Shown here: positions 45,672-55,324 of the stretch, piece after piece
Numbering within the stretch: the stretch's first letter is position 1
Layout: each line of letters begins with the position of its first letter
Assembly: GCA_963841435.1 (NCBI GenBank)
Contig: CAWJCS010000006.1
Location: 928,001-992,000 of the forward strand
Length of the DNA stretch: 64,000 bases
Source of the DNA: an uncultured delta proteobacterium
GTDB taxonomy: Bacteria; Myxococcota_A; Polyangia; Polyangiales; Polyangiaceae
Direction: 5' to 3'
The notes under the pieces: generated by a model
What the model was told of the DNA's origin: nothing
Seen by the model: the letters and a program-made list of their open reading frames with translations, nothing else
The model's database searches: none
Position numbers and translations under genes: made by a program

Positions 45672-47294
45672 GTGAAGGCTTCCACGGATTTCCTGGTGAT
45701 CGGCAGCGGCATTGCCGGCCTGTCCTTTGCGCTGCATGCGGCCCGCTACGGCGAGGTCGTGGTCGTCACCAAACGGTCCTCCGAGGACGCCGCGACGAGC
45801 TGGGCTCAGGGCGGCGTCGCAGCCGTGCTCGGGCCCGACGATTCGTTCCAGAAGCATGCCGCGGACACGAAGAGCGCGGGCGCGGGGCTCTGTCACGACA
45901 TCGTCGTCGACCTCTGCGTGCGAGAGGCTCCCGCGTCGATCGCCTGGTTGAAGGAAATCGGTGCGGCGTTTTCCACGACGGAGACCGGCGCGTTCGATCT
46001 CGGGCGCGAGGGTGGCCACAGCGAGCGGCGCGTCGTGCATGCCGGTGACATCACGGGCCGCGAGATCCAGCGGGCGCTGCTCGAGGCCGTTCGAAACACG
46101 CCCAACGTGCAGCTGCTCGAATGGCACATGGGCGTCGACCTCATCACGATGAGCAACTTCGGCGGGCCCGACCGCTGCGTGGGCGCCTACGTGCTCGACG
46201 AATCGCGTGGCGTTGTCGACACCCTCCTGGCGCGCGCGACCGTGCTGGCCACGGGCGGCGCCGGAAAAGTCTACCTTTACACCTCGAATCCCGACGTTGC
46301 GACGGGTGACGGCGTGGCGATGGCGTTCCGCGCCGGGGCGGAGGTGGCGAACATGGAGTTTTTCCAGTTCCACCCCACCGTCTTTTACGAGCCCAAAGCG
46401 AAGAGCTTCTTGCTCAGTGAAGCGCTGCGCGGGGAGGGCGCGACGCTCAGGCTGCCGAGCGGCGAGGCGTTCATGCAGCGCCACCACCCTCTCGGCGACC
46501 TCGCGCCCCGCGACGTCGTTGCCAGGGCCATCGACTTCGAGATGAAGCGCACGGGCTCGGAGTACGTGCTGCTCGACATCACCTCTCAGTCCGCGGAGTT
46601 CGTGCGCTCGCGTTTTCCGAACATCCACGCCGAGTGCAAGGGCTACGGCGTCGACATGACGACGCAGCCGATCCCCGTCGTGCCGGCGGCCCACTACCTC
46701 TGCGGTGGGGTCACGTCGGACTTGCACGGGCGGAGCACGCTGCCCGGTCTCTGGGTGCTCGGTGAAACGGCCTGCACGGGCCTCCACGGCGCGAACCGGC
46801 TTGCCTCGAACTCGCTGCTCGAAGGGCTCGTCATGGCCCGCCGCGCTGCCGAGAAGCTCGCTTCGTTGATCGTCGGTCTGCGCGGCGCGCCGCTCCCCGA
46901 CGTCCCCGAATGGCAGACAGGCTCCGCGGTGCCGAGCGACGAGGCCGTGGTCGTGACCCACAACTGGGACGAGCTTCGGCGGCTCATGTGGAACTACGTT
47001 GGCATCGTGCGTAGCGACGCCCGCCTGCGCCGAGCCGCCCGCCGCGTGGCGCTGCTCGAGCAGGAAATCCGCGAGTATTACTGGAAGCACCTGGTGACGC
47101 GCGACCTGCTCGAGCTCCGGAACATCGCCGTCGTGGCGGAGCTCGTGATCGCGTCGGCCTCCAGCCGGCGCGAGAGCCGGGGCCTTCACTACACCATCGA
47201 CCACCTGACGACGCTGCCCGAGTTCTCGAGCGACACCGTCGTCAAACGCGGCGTCTTGCCGCACCTTCGCGAACGGCGCGCGGCTGCGCAGTGA
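45672..47294 (+). CDS. nadB: L-aspartate oxidase
   Basis: VIGSGIAGL, WAQGG, REGGHS, QFHPT, SEALRGEG, PAAHYLCGG, GLHGANRLASNSLLE, RRESRGLHY. Confidence 0.95.
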   Translation: MKASTDFLVIGSGIAGLSFALHAARYGEVVVVTKRSSEDAATSWAQGGVAAVLGPDDSFQKHAADTKSAGAGLCHDIVVDLCVREAPASIAWLKEIGAAFSTTETGAFDLGREGGHSERRVVHAGDITGREIQRALLEAVRNTPNVQLLEWHMGVDLITMSNFGGPDRCVGAYVLDESRGVVDTLLARATVLATGGAGKVYLYTSNPDVATGDGVAMAFRAGAEVANMEFFQFHPTVFYEPKAKSFLLSEALRGEGATLRLPSGEAFMQRHHPLGDLAPRDVVARAIDFEMKRTGSEYVLLDITSQSAEFVRSRFPNIHAECKGYGVDMTTQPIPVVPAAHYLCGGVTSDLHGRSTLPGLWVLGETACTGLHGANRLASNSLLEGLVMARRAAEKLASLIVGLRGAPLPDVPEWQTGSAVPSDEAVVVTHNWDELRRLMWNYVGIVRSDARLRRAARRVALLEQEIREYYWKHLVTRDLLELRNIAVVAELVIASASSRRESRGLHYTIDHLTTLPEFSSDTVVKRGVLPHLRERRAAAQ

Positions 47295-47348
47295 CGTCTC
47301 CCGGATCGGTTTTCTCACGGCGACGCGGTCGGCTGGACGCTCGCCGTC

Positions 47349-48107
47349 ATGTTTGGCTGGATGCTCGCGGCCGTCGTCGAGCGCGGGCTCGCGCCGAACG
47401 CGCCGCCCGATCTCGTGACGGCGGGTGGCGTGCAAGTGGCGGCGTTTCTGGTCGCTTGCGCGATTTTCGCGGCGCGTCGCCCCGGACGCAGCTGGTCGGA
47501 TCTGTTCGCGTTGCGCCGCACGCCAGTGCTCTTGCTGCTCGCCGCGCTGCTTCTCGGAGTGGCGCTCTGCCCGCCCGCCGAGCGGCTCGCCCTGTTCGTG
47601 CACGAGCTGTTCCCGCTGCCCAAAGAGCTGCTCGCCGAGCAGGAAGCCATGCTGCGACCGCGCTCGCCGCTCCACGGAGCGCTGCTCCTGATGGTGGGGG
47701 CCCTCGCGGGACCCTTCGCCGAGGAGCTCTTTTTCCGTGGGGCCATCTTCACGGCGCTCCGGCCCCACGCGACGACGATCGCGGCGGCTGGCACGACGGC
47801 ACTGCTCTTCACGCTGATCCATCCGGAGCCGCGCACCTGGGCGCCAATCCTGGCGCTCGCCTGCGTGCTCGGTTACGTGCGGGTGGTGAGCGGCTCGCTC
47901 TGGCCATCGCTCTTCCTCCACGCCGGCTTCAACGGTACGGCGCTGATTGCCGAGTTTCGCACGGCCGGCGGTGACGGGGAATTCTCCGCGTCGCTCGTGG
48001 TCGGCGGGACGGTTCTTTCGGTGCTGCTGCTCGGCGGGGTGTGGCTCGCAGGTCGGAGTCAGCGCGTGCAGGCGGTTCGCGAGCTCGACCAGGGGGTGCC
48101 GTCGTGA
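47349..48107 (+). CDS. CPBP (CAAX/Abi) family intramembrane metalloprotease
   Basis: Multi-TM protein with EELFFRG, FTLIH and LHAGFN motifs. The true start may be GTG 47291 if one T of the run at 47310-47313 is an insertion. Confidence 0.85.
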   Translation: MFGWMLAAVVERGLAPNAPPDLVTAGGVQVAAFLVACAIFAARRPGRSWSDLFALRRTPVLLLLAALLLGVALCPPAERLALFVHELFPLPKELLAEQEAMLRPRSPLHGALLLMVGALAGPFAEELFFRGAIFTALRPHATTIAAAGTTALLFTLIHPEPRTWAPILALACVLGYVRVVSGSLWPSLFLHAGFNGTALIAEFRTAGGDGEFSASLVVGGTVLSVLLLGGVWLAGRSQRVQAVRELDQGVPS

Positions 48108-49177
48108 GTGTGCGCGTCGCGCTCTGCTTGCCGGGCGGGGGCGCATCGGGTGCGCTCTTTCAGATCGGCGCGCTCGCGGCGCTCGAAGACTCACTCGACG
48201 GTCTCGAGGTCGCCCGGTTCGACCTTTACGTCGGCTCGAGCGGCGGGGCGAGCGTCGCGGCATCGCTCGCCGGCGGCGTGCCCGTGCAGCGCATCTATCG
48301 CGCGTTCCTCGACCCGGCCGACGCTTACTTCGGTCTCGAGCGCCGCCACCTTCTGCGCGTGGATTTCGCCGAGTGGCGGCGCATGGTGCCGGCGCTGATT
48401 TCGGCCATCGGCGAGGGAGCGAGCGGGCTCGTCGCGCGCGGCAGCTTGCCGCCGCCCGCCGCGTTGTGGGAGAAGCTCGACCGCCTGGCGGAGGCGCTGC
48501 CGAGCGGAATCTTCACCCTCGAGGGTTATGAAAAATTCCTCGAAGAATTCTTCATTCGGCGCGGCGTGCCGAACACCTTTTTCGCGATGCCGCGCGCGCT
48601 CCGCATCCTGGCGCATGATCTCGAGAGTGGCGAATCCGTCGAGTTCGGAGCCGGCGAGCACGCGAGCGCCCCCGTGACGCGCGCCTGTATCGCCTCGATG
48701 GCTATCCCCCCGTTCTTTTCACCCGTGCGCGTCGGCGAGCGCTACTACGTGAACCCCGGCGCCGGTCAGGTCGTGCACCTCGACGTGGCCATGGCGGACG
48801 GGGCTGACGTCATGGTCGTCGTCAATCCCGTCGTGCCAACTGCCATGAGCCCCGGGAGCACCGAGAAAGGGCTGCGCGAACGCGGCATGCTCGCGGTCTT
48901 GAACCAGTCGATCCGCGTGGGTGCCGCGCGCGCTCTCGCCATCCAGTGCCAGCGCGCGGAGGATGCCGGCCACGCCGTGCTGCTCGTCGAGCCGGAGAGC
49001 CACGAGGGGCTCGTCTTCTTCGGTGACGCCGCGAGCTTCGACGTTCGCCGTCGGATCCTCGAGTACGCGTACCGCCATACGCGCGCCGTGCTCGCGCAGA
49101 AGGCGGAGGCGCGCCACCCGGCTCTCGATCGGGCGGGGTGGGCGCTCAAGCCGCCGCGCAGCGAGACGGGGCTGTGA
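48104..49177 (+). CDS. Patatin-like phospholipase family protein with an altered DGG motif
   Basis: GGGASG oxyanion loop, GSSGG nucleophile elbow and ASMAIPPFFSPV. The expected DGG reads NPG. Confidence 0.85.
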   Translation: MSVRVALCLPGGGASGALFQIGALAALEDSLDGLEVARFDLYVGSSGGASVAASLAGGVPVQRIYRAFLDPADAYFGLERRHLLRVDFAEWRRMVPALISAIGEGASGLVARGSLPPPAALWEKLDRLAEALPSGIFTLEGYEKFLEEFFIRRGVPNTFFAMPRALRILAHDLESGESVEFGAGEHASAPVTRACIASMAIPPFFSPVRVGERYYVNPGAGQVVHLDVAMADGADVMVVVNPVVPTAMSPGSTEKGLRERGMLAVLNQSIRVGAARALAIQCQRAEDAGHAVLLVEPESHEGLVFFGDAASFDVRRRILEYAYRHTRAVLAQKAEARHPALDRAGWALKPPRSETGL

Positions 49178-49674
49178 CGGGACGCCTGCACGATCGACGA
49201 GCGCTTTTCGCCATCTTGCTCGCGTCGCTCGTGCTGTGCGGGTGCCGCGAGCCCTATCGCGTGGGCGAGCGCGTGCTCGTCGAGTGGGAGGAAGGGAAGC
49301 TCTACCCGGCGTACGTCATCGACGCGCACGGGCGCACGCGCTACCGGGTGCACTTCGACGGCTACGACTCCCGCTGGGACGAAGACGTCGGTATCGATCG
49401 CATCCACGGCCGCGTTGACGGCCCGGTGTCACCCATGCCGCCGCCGGCCAAGGTGCTGCGCGCCGCCGGGGCCCCGACGGGCTCCGGCGCGCCCGGCCTC
49501 GGCAACCCCTACGCGCCGGGCGAGCACGTGCGGGTCACGTGGCGCGGCAGCGTCTACGGAGCGACCGTGCTCGAGGTGGTCGGCAAGGGCCAGGTCGTCG
49601 TGCATTACGACGGCTACGAGAGCGTGTGGGACGAGAAGATCCCCGTCGAGCGCGTCATCAGCAAGCGACAATGA
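49174..49674 (+). CDS. Lipoprotein with two Tudor/Agenet/chromo-barrel-like domains
   Basis: Hydrophobic signal with LCG-C lipobox and two repeats of Y..GE.V.V.W...Y.A.V......V H(F/Y)DGY.S.WDE. Confidence 0.75.
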   Translation: MTGRLHDRRALFAILLASLVLCGCREPYRVGERVLVEWEEGKLYPAYVIDAHGRTRYRVHFDGYDSRWDEDVGIDRIHGRVDGPVSPMPPPAKVLRAAGAPTGSGAPGLGNPYAPGEHVRVTWRGSVYGATVLEVVGKGQVVVHYDGYESVWDEKIPVERVISKRQ

Positions 49675-49677
49675 GGC

Positions 49678-50037
49678 TCAGCGGACGTCGCCTGGCATGT
49701 GGCCCATGCTGCGCCATGCCGCAGCGAGCTGTCCTCGCTCGCGCTCGTCGAAGAGAGCCGGGTCCCGCGCGCGGGAAGCCTCGGCGAAGCGAAGCCAGCG
49801 ATCGGCCGCCCCCGCGTTGCCGAGGGTGAGCTCGACGAGCCCGCGGTAAAGCGCGTAGCGCGACAAAATGCGTGGCCCCTCGCGCCGCGCTCCATGCTCG
49901 AGGGCGCGCAGCGTCGCGGCCGCTTCCGGTGCCCGGCCGTCCCGCCAGGCATCGACCGCCGCGCCGAGGCGCGTCGTGCACCCCGGGAGCCCGACGAGCA
50001 GGCAAAGCGCAACGAGACGGGAGCTCGGGCACCGCAT
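49678..50037 (-). CDS. Small hypothetical helical lipoprotein
   Basis: Signal with LPG-C lipobox and a TPR-like segment YALYRGLVELTLG. Confidence 0.6.
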   Translation of the reverse strand: MRCPSSRLVALCLLVGLPGCTTRLGAAVDAWRDGRAPEAAATLRALEHGARREGPRILSRYALYRGLVELTLGNAGAADRWLRFAEASRARDPALFDERERGQLAAAWRSMGHMPGDVR

Positions 50038-50203
50038 GCCTGCGCATCGGTCGGGGCTAACCCGAGTTGCGTCCCAAGTGGAAACTGCGGGGCGACGCCT
50101 GGCGCCCGCAGGCCCGCCCGATGGGCGACTTCCGAGCGAAAGGACCCTCCTTTCTCGAACACGCGCGAAAGAGCGTCGCGAAAGTGCTAATAGCGCGCCG
50201 GCC

Positions 50204-52018
50204 ATGACCCCCCGCGAAGAAATCCGCAACGTTGCCATCATCGCGCACGTCGATCACGGAAAGACCACGCTCGTGGACGCGATGCTCAAGCAAACCGGAA
50301 CCTATCGGGCCAACGAGCAGGTCATCGAGCGCGTGATGGACTCGAACGACCTCGAGCGTGAGCGAGGCATCACCATCCTCGCCAAGCACTGTAGCGTCAA
50401 CTATCGCGGCGTGACGATCAACATCATCGACACGCCCGGCCACGCCGACTTCGGGGGCGAGGTCGAGCGCACGCTGAAGATGGCCGATGGGGCGTTATTG
50501 CTCGTGGACGCCGCCGAGGGGCCGCTGCCGCAAACGCGATTCGTGTTGGGCAAGGCCATCGAGCTCGGCTTGCCGGTCGTGGTCGTCATCAACAAGATCG
50601 ATCGCGGCGACGCTCGCCCCGCCGACGTGCTCAACGAGGTGTTCGACCTGTTCTGCGAGCTCGAAGCGAGCGACGCCCAGGCGGACTTCGCGACGCTGTA
50701 TGCGGTCGGCAAGTTCGGGCTCGCCAAGAAGTCGCTCGAGGAGGAAGCGAAGGGCCTCGAGCCGCTGTTCGAAACGATTCTCGAGCGAGTGCCGCCGCCG
50801 CGTGGCGACGTTTCGGGACCGCTCCAGCTGCTCGTTCACAACATCGAGCACGACGACTACGTCGGCCGGCTCGGCATCGGGCGCGTCGTGCGCGGTGAGC
50901 TCGCGGTCGGCGCCAACGTGCAGCTCGTCGGCGCCAGCGAGAGCAAGCTTTCGCGCGTGAGCGCGCTTTACGGTTACGAGGGGCCGCGGCGCGTGAAGAT
51001 TGCCAGCGCGAAAATGGGCGACATCGTCGCGGTCGCCGGCATGGAAGAGGTCCAGATCGGCGATACGCTCGCAGCGCCCGACCGTCCCGAGGCGCTGCCC
51101 CGCATCGTCGTCGAGGAGCCGACCATCAAGGTGCGCTTCGTCGTCAACACGTCGCCGCTCGCGGGGCGCGTGGGCAAGTGGGTGACCTCGCGACACCTCA
51201 AGGATCGGCTGGGACGCGAGGCGCGGCGCAACCTCGCCCTGCGCGTCGAAGACACGCCCGAACCGGATACGTTCGTCGTGTTCGGGCGCGGAGAGCTCAT
51301 GCTCGCCGTGCTTGCCGAGACCATGCGGCGCGAGGGCTACGAGTTCGCGCTCGGCATGCCCGAGGTCGTCGTGCGCGACGTCGACGGCGTGCCGTCCGAG
51401 CCCATCGAGCGCGTGAGCGTCGACGTGCCCGAGCAGTACGTGGGTGTCGTCACGACGCGCCTCGGCGAGCGTCGCGGTAAGCTCGTGAAGATGGCAAACC
51501 TCGGATTCGGGCGCGCGCGGCTCGAGTACGTCGTGCCGTCGCGCGGGTTGATCGGCTTCCGCTCGGCGTTCCTCACGGAGACGCGCGGCATGGGCCTTTT
51601 GAACTCGCTATTCGAGGGCTGGGAACCGTACGCGGGCCCCATGCTACGGCGCCCGAACGGCGCGCTCGTGGCCGACAGGAAGGGCTCGACGACGCCGTAT
51701 GCCCTCTTCCACCTGCAGCCGCGCGGCGTCCTGTTCATCGGGCCCGGTACCGATGTATACGAAGGCATGATCGTGGGCGAGCACAACCGCCCGAACGACC
51801 TCGACGTCAACGTGACGCGCGAGAAGAAGCTCACCAACATCCGCGCTGCGGGTCGCGACGAGAACGTCATCCTGAGCCCTCCCCACGTGCTCACGATCGA
51901 CACGGCGCTCGAGTTCATCGATCGCGACGAGCTCGTCGAGGTCACACCGGACGCCGTGCGCATACGCAAGCAGGTGCTCGACTGCAACCGGCGGCCGCGC
52001 CGCGACGCCGACAGCTGA
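50204..52018 (+). CDS. typA: Translational GTPase TypA/BipA
   Basis: IRNVAIIAHVDHGKTTLVD, ERERGITI, DTPGHADFGGEVER, GRGEL, KKLTNIRAAG. Confidence 0.97.
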   Translation: MTPREEIRNVAIIAHVDHGKTTLVDAMLKQTGTYRANEQVIERVMDSNDLERERGITILAKHCSVNYRGVTINIIDTPGHADFGGEVERTLKMADGALLLVDAAEGPLPQTRFVLGKAIELGLPVVVVINKIDRGDARPADVLNEVFDLFCELEASDAQADFATLYAVGKFGLAKKSLEEEAKGLEPLFETILERVPPPRGDVSGPLQLLVHNIEHDDYVGRLGIGRVVRGELAVGANVQLVGASESKLSRVSALYGYEGPRRVKIASAKMGDIVAVAGMEEVQIGDTLAAPDRPEALPRIVVEEPTIKVRFVVNTSPLAGRVGKWVTSRHLKDRLGREARRNLALRVEDTPEPDTFVVFGRGELMLAVLAETMRREGYEFALGMPEVVVRDVDGVPSEPIERVSVDVPEQYVGVVTTRLGERRGKLVKMANLGFGRARLEYVVPSRGLIGFRSAFLTETRGMGLLNSLFEGWEPYAGPMLRRPNGALVADRKGSTTPYALFHLQPRGVLFIGPGTDVYEGMIVGEHNRPNDLDVNVTREKKLTNIRAAGRDENVILSPPHVLTIDTALEFIDRDELVEVTPDAVRIRKQVLDCNRRPRRDADS

Positions 52019-52024
52019 GGAGCG

Positions 52025-52982
52025 ATGGCGCGGCTCACGGAGCTTCCTCTCGACCGCGCGTCCGAGCTCGCGCTCGCCTACGGCGTCGAGCTCGAGGCCA
52101 TCGAGCCACTCGATCTGGGCTCGGTGAACTCGAACTTCCGGGTGCGCACGCCGGACGGGAGCGTGCTGTTCGCGCGCCTCTACGAGGAGCAGGGCGCAAA
52201 GGGTGCTCGGGCCGAGCTCGAGTTGCTCGTCGCGCTCGCGCGCGCGGGTGTTCCGGTCCCCGAAGCGCTCGTGCCCGAGTCGGGCGAGCTGCCGTCGTTC
52301 TTGGGCAAGCCCTTCGCGCTTTTCCCCTGGGTTGACGGTGAGAATCCGCTGCCTTTCGCGGGTGAGGGAGTCGGACTGTCGCGAAGTCGGTCGCGCCCTC
52401 GCGCTCGTGCACACGGCGAGCGAGCGCGTCGGACGCCTGGGGCAGGGGCGCTTCGGGCCCACCGACATGCTGGAGCGGCTCGCGCGCGTCGAGCGCGACG
52501 CGCAGCGGCCCGATCTCGCTCCCGACATCGCCCGCATCCGGGCACTCTACGACACGCTCACGAAAGAGCGCGACCCGGCGCTCCCGTCGGGCGTCGTGCA
52601 CGGCGATTTGTTCCGGGACAATGTGCTGTTCGAGGGCGACAGTGTCGCCGCGCTGCTCGACTTCGAGAGCGCCTTTCACGGTCCGTTCGCCTACGATCTG
52701 ATGGTGACGATCGCCGCCTGGTGCTACCGCTCGACCTTCGTGCCCGGGCTCGTGCAGGCGCTCGTCGAAGGCTACACGGGCCTTCGTGAGCTCACGGCGG
52801 CCGAGCGGCGCGCGCTGACGAACGAGGGCGCTCTCGGTTGCCTGCGCTTCGCGACGAGCCGCATCACCGACTTCGAGCTGCGCACGCCCCGAGGCGTGCG
52901 GCCCGCGCGCGATTACCGGCGCTTCCTCGCCCGCCTCGATGCCTTGGCGAACGGCGAGCTCGACGGCGTGCTCGACGCGTAG
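52025..52982 (+). CDS. thrB: Homoserine kinase type II (APH-like fold), one +1 insertion near 52343
   Basis: GSVNSNF, LPSGVVHGDLFRDNVLF, LLDF, ALGCLRF..SR. Removing one A at 52343-52344 joins ORFs 52025..52789 and 52203..52982. Confidence 0.75.
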
Positions 52983-53020
52983 CGTGGGCCGGCGCGCGCG
53001 CTCATGGTAGCCTCCGCGGC

Positions 53021-54400
53021 ATGACGATTGCGCGCGGTGGACGGCTGCCCGACGGCCTCGATGCCGCCATGGAGGAGCTGAATACGAGCGTCAACGTCGA
53101 CAGCGCGCTCTGGCGCGAGGACATCCGGGGCTCGATTGCCCACGCGCGAGGTCTCGCGCGCGCCGGCGTGCTGTCGGAGAGCGAGGTGGAGCGGATCGTC
53201 GGCGGGCTCGAGGCCGTGGCCGGCGAGATCGAGCGCGGCGAGCTCGTCTGGCGACGCGACCGCGAGGACGTCCACATGAACGTCGAGGCGCGCCTCGTCG
53301 AGCTCATCGGGCCCGTGGGCGGGAAGCTCCACACCGGCCGCTCGCGGAACGACCAGGTCGCGACCGATCTCAGGCTCTATTGCCGCCGCCGGGGCGAGGA
53401 GACGGCGGCCGCCGTCACGGCGCTGGGCGAGGTGCTCGTCGACCGGGCCGAGCGCGACATCGACCTCTTGATGCCTGCCTACACGCACCTGCAACGCGCG
53501 CAGCCGAGCCGCGTCTCCCATCACCTCATGGCGTGGCAGGAGCAGCTGCTGCGCGATCGCGGCCGGCTGCGCGATGCGCTCCTGCGCAGCAACGAGTCAC
53601 CACTCGGGTCGGGCGCCGTAGCGGGCACGGGCTTCCCGCTCGACCGCGAGGGCGTGGCGCACGAGCTCGGTTTCGACCGCGCGATGCGAAACTCGATCGA
53701 TGCCACGGCGAGCCGCGATTTTCTCGTCGAGATCGCGGCAGCGCTCGCCATGCTCGGCGTCCACCTCTCGCGTATCGGCGAGGAGATCGTGCTCTGGTCG
53801 TCGCAGGAATTCGGCTTCATGACCCTGAGCGACGCCTTCACGACGAGCTCGTCGATGATGCCGCAGAAGAAGAATCCCGACGTTGCCGAGCTCGTGCGCG
53901 GCCGCGCGGCGCGCACCATCGGCTCGCTCACGAGCCTGCTCGTGCTCGAGAAGGGCCTCGCCTTCGGCTACGGTCGGGATTTGCAGGAGGACAAGCGTCC
54001 CATCATCGACGCCTTCGACTGCGTGATGCCGTGCCTCACGGCGCTCGCCGGAGCGCTCGCCACGGCCAGCTTCGACGCGAAGCGGCTGCGTGCGGCGCTC
54101 GACCGCGGCCACCTCTGCGCCACGGATCTCGCCGATTTTCTCGCGACGGCCGGTGTGCCTTTTCGCGAGGCACACCACGTCGTCGGCGGGCTCGTGCGCG
54201 CGGCGGAGGCGCGCGGCGTGGAGCTCTCGGAGCTGCCACGCTCCGTGCTCGGCGAGGCGCACGCAGCGCTCGATTCGGACGACGTCGTGCGCGTGCTCGA
54301 TCCGGCGCTGGCCGTCGAGCGTCGCCGCGTCGTGGGGGGCCCGGCGCGCGAGCGCGTGCTCGAGGCGATCGCCGAAGCTCGGCTCCGCTGGCGGTCTTGA
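53021..54400 (+). CDS. argH: Argininosuccinate lyase
   Basis: EDVHMNVE, KLHTGRSRNDQVATD, YTHLQRAQP, SSMMPQKKNPD, RDLQEDK. Confidence 0.96.
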   Translation: MTIARGGRLPDGLDAAMEELNTSVNVDSALWREDIRGSIAHARGLARAGVLSESEVERIVGGLEAVAGEIERGELVWRRDREDVHMNVEARLVELIGPVGGKLHTGRSRNDQVATDLRLYCRRRGEETAAAVTALGEVLVDRAERDIDLLMPAYTHLQRAQPSRVSHHLMAWQEQLLRDRGRLRDALLRSNESPLGSGAVAGTGFPLDREGVAHELGFDRAMRNSIDATASRDFLVEIAAALAMLGVHLSRIGEEIVLWSSQEFGFMTLSDAFTTSSSMMPQKKNPDVAELVRGRAARTIGSLTSLLVLEKGLAFGYGRDLQEDKRPIIDAFDCVMPCLTALAGALATASFDAKRLRAALDRGHLCATDLADFLATAGVPFREAHHVVGGLVRAAEARGVELSELPRSVLGEAHAALDSDDVVRVLDPALAVERRRVVGGPARERVLEAIAEARLRWRS

Positions 54401-54475
54401 CGCACCGCGCGCGGGCCTCTGGCCCTTGCGAAAGAGCCATAGAGACAGTCGAAAGCCGTGGGCGTAGAATAGGGC

Positions 54476-55303
54476 GTGGCCCTCCGTCTCCTCGGCTTAG
54501 CCCTGTGCGTTGGTCTCTCACTGTTTGCCTGCTCCGGGTCGTCCTCGGTCGAGAGCAGCCCCGCTAGTGGCGCGAGCGCCGGGTCGTCGGGCACAGGGTC
54601 CGGCAGCGGCGGGCAGAGCACGGGGTCCGGCGGCAGCAGCGGCGGCAGCCCGAGCAGGGGCGGCAGCGGGGGCTTGGCGGCCTCGAGCGGCGGGTCGTCC
54701 GGTTCCGGCGGTGGCGATATGGCCGGCGAGGCGGGAGCCCCTCCGTCGAGCGGTGGCACCGGCGCGGTGTCGGGGTCGGGGGGTGGTGGCGGCATCCCGA
54801 TCGCGAACGCCCCCGTCGAGCTGGCGACGGCCGTCTGCGGGAAGGTGTTCGAGTGCTGCTCCGAAGCGCAAAGAATGGGCCTGAGCATCCTGGGCCAGAG
54901 TGAGGACCAGTGCCGGCTCGCCGTCGCGACGTTCCTCGCGCTCTACGCGGCCGACATCGAGGCTTCCGTCGCCGCAGGTCGCGCCGATTACGACGGCGAG
55001 GCGCTCGCGGGCTGCGTGGCCGAGCAGGAGCAGCGCGCCTGCGACATGCTGCCCGGTCTCGGCGACATCGGCTGCGCCGGGGCGGTCATCCCGCTCGTCC
55101 CGCTCGGGGAGACCTGCGGAGCGCACGACGAATGCATCGACGGCTATTGCGACGGGGCGACGCAGGCGACCTCGCCGACGGGCACCTGCGCGGCCAAGAA
55201 GGCCGACGGGGAGATGTGCGGCGCCGCCGAGGAGTGCGAGGGCGGCGCGTGCACCTCGACCGGGTGCGGTGTTGCGACCAATACGCCCATTTGCGGCGGT
55301 TGA
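54476..55303 (+). CDS. Cys-rich lipoprotein with Gly/Ser-rich linker
   Basis: Lipobox LFA-C, a Gly/Ser tract, then a domain with 16 cysteines. Confidence 0.75.
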   Translation: MALRLLGLALCVGLSLFACSGSSSVESSPASGASAGSSGTGSGSGGQSTGSGGSSGGSPSRGGSGGLAASSGGSSGSGGGDMAGEAGAPPSSGGTGAVSGSGGGGGIPIANAPVELATAVCGKVFECCSEAQRMGLSILGQSEDQCRLAVATFLALYAADIEASVAAGRADYDGEALAGCVAEQEQRACDMLPGLGDIGCAGAVIPLVPLGETCGAHDECIDGYCDGATQATSPTGTCAAKKADGEMCGAAEECEGGACTSTGCGVATNTPICGG

Positions 55304-55324
55304 GCGACGGCGCCTGGCCTTTTC

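Noticed and set aside
47292..47349. Stop-codon readthrough fusion of NadB to the CPBP protease (same frame after TGA)
   Set aside because: NadB ends at its normal length and no recoding signal is visible. A GTGA-coupled start with a one-base error, or the ATG at 47349, is simpler.
44748..48263. 1171-aa minus-strand ORF and similar long shadow ORFs (e.g. 19498..22179, 13339..15786, 59977..61857)
   Set aside because: They overlap well-supported genes in antisense or alternate frames, lack motifs, and are expected from the scarcity of stop codons in high-GC DNA.
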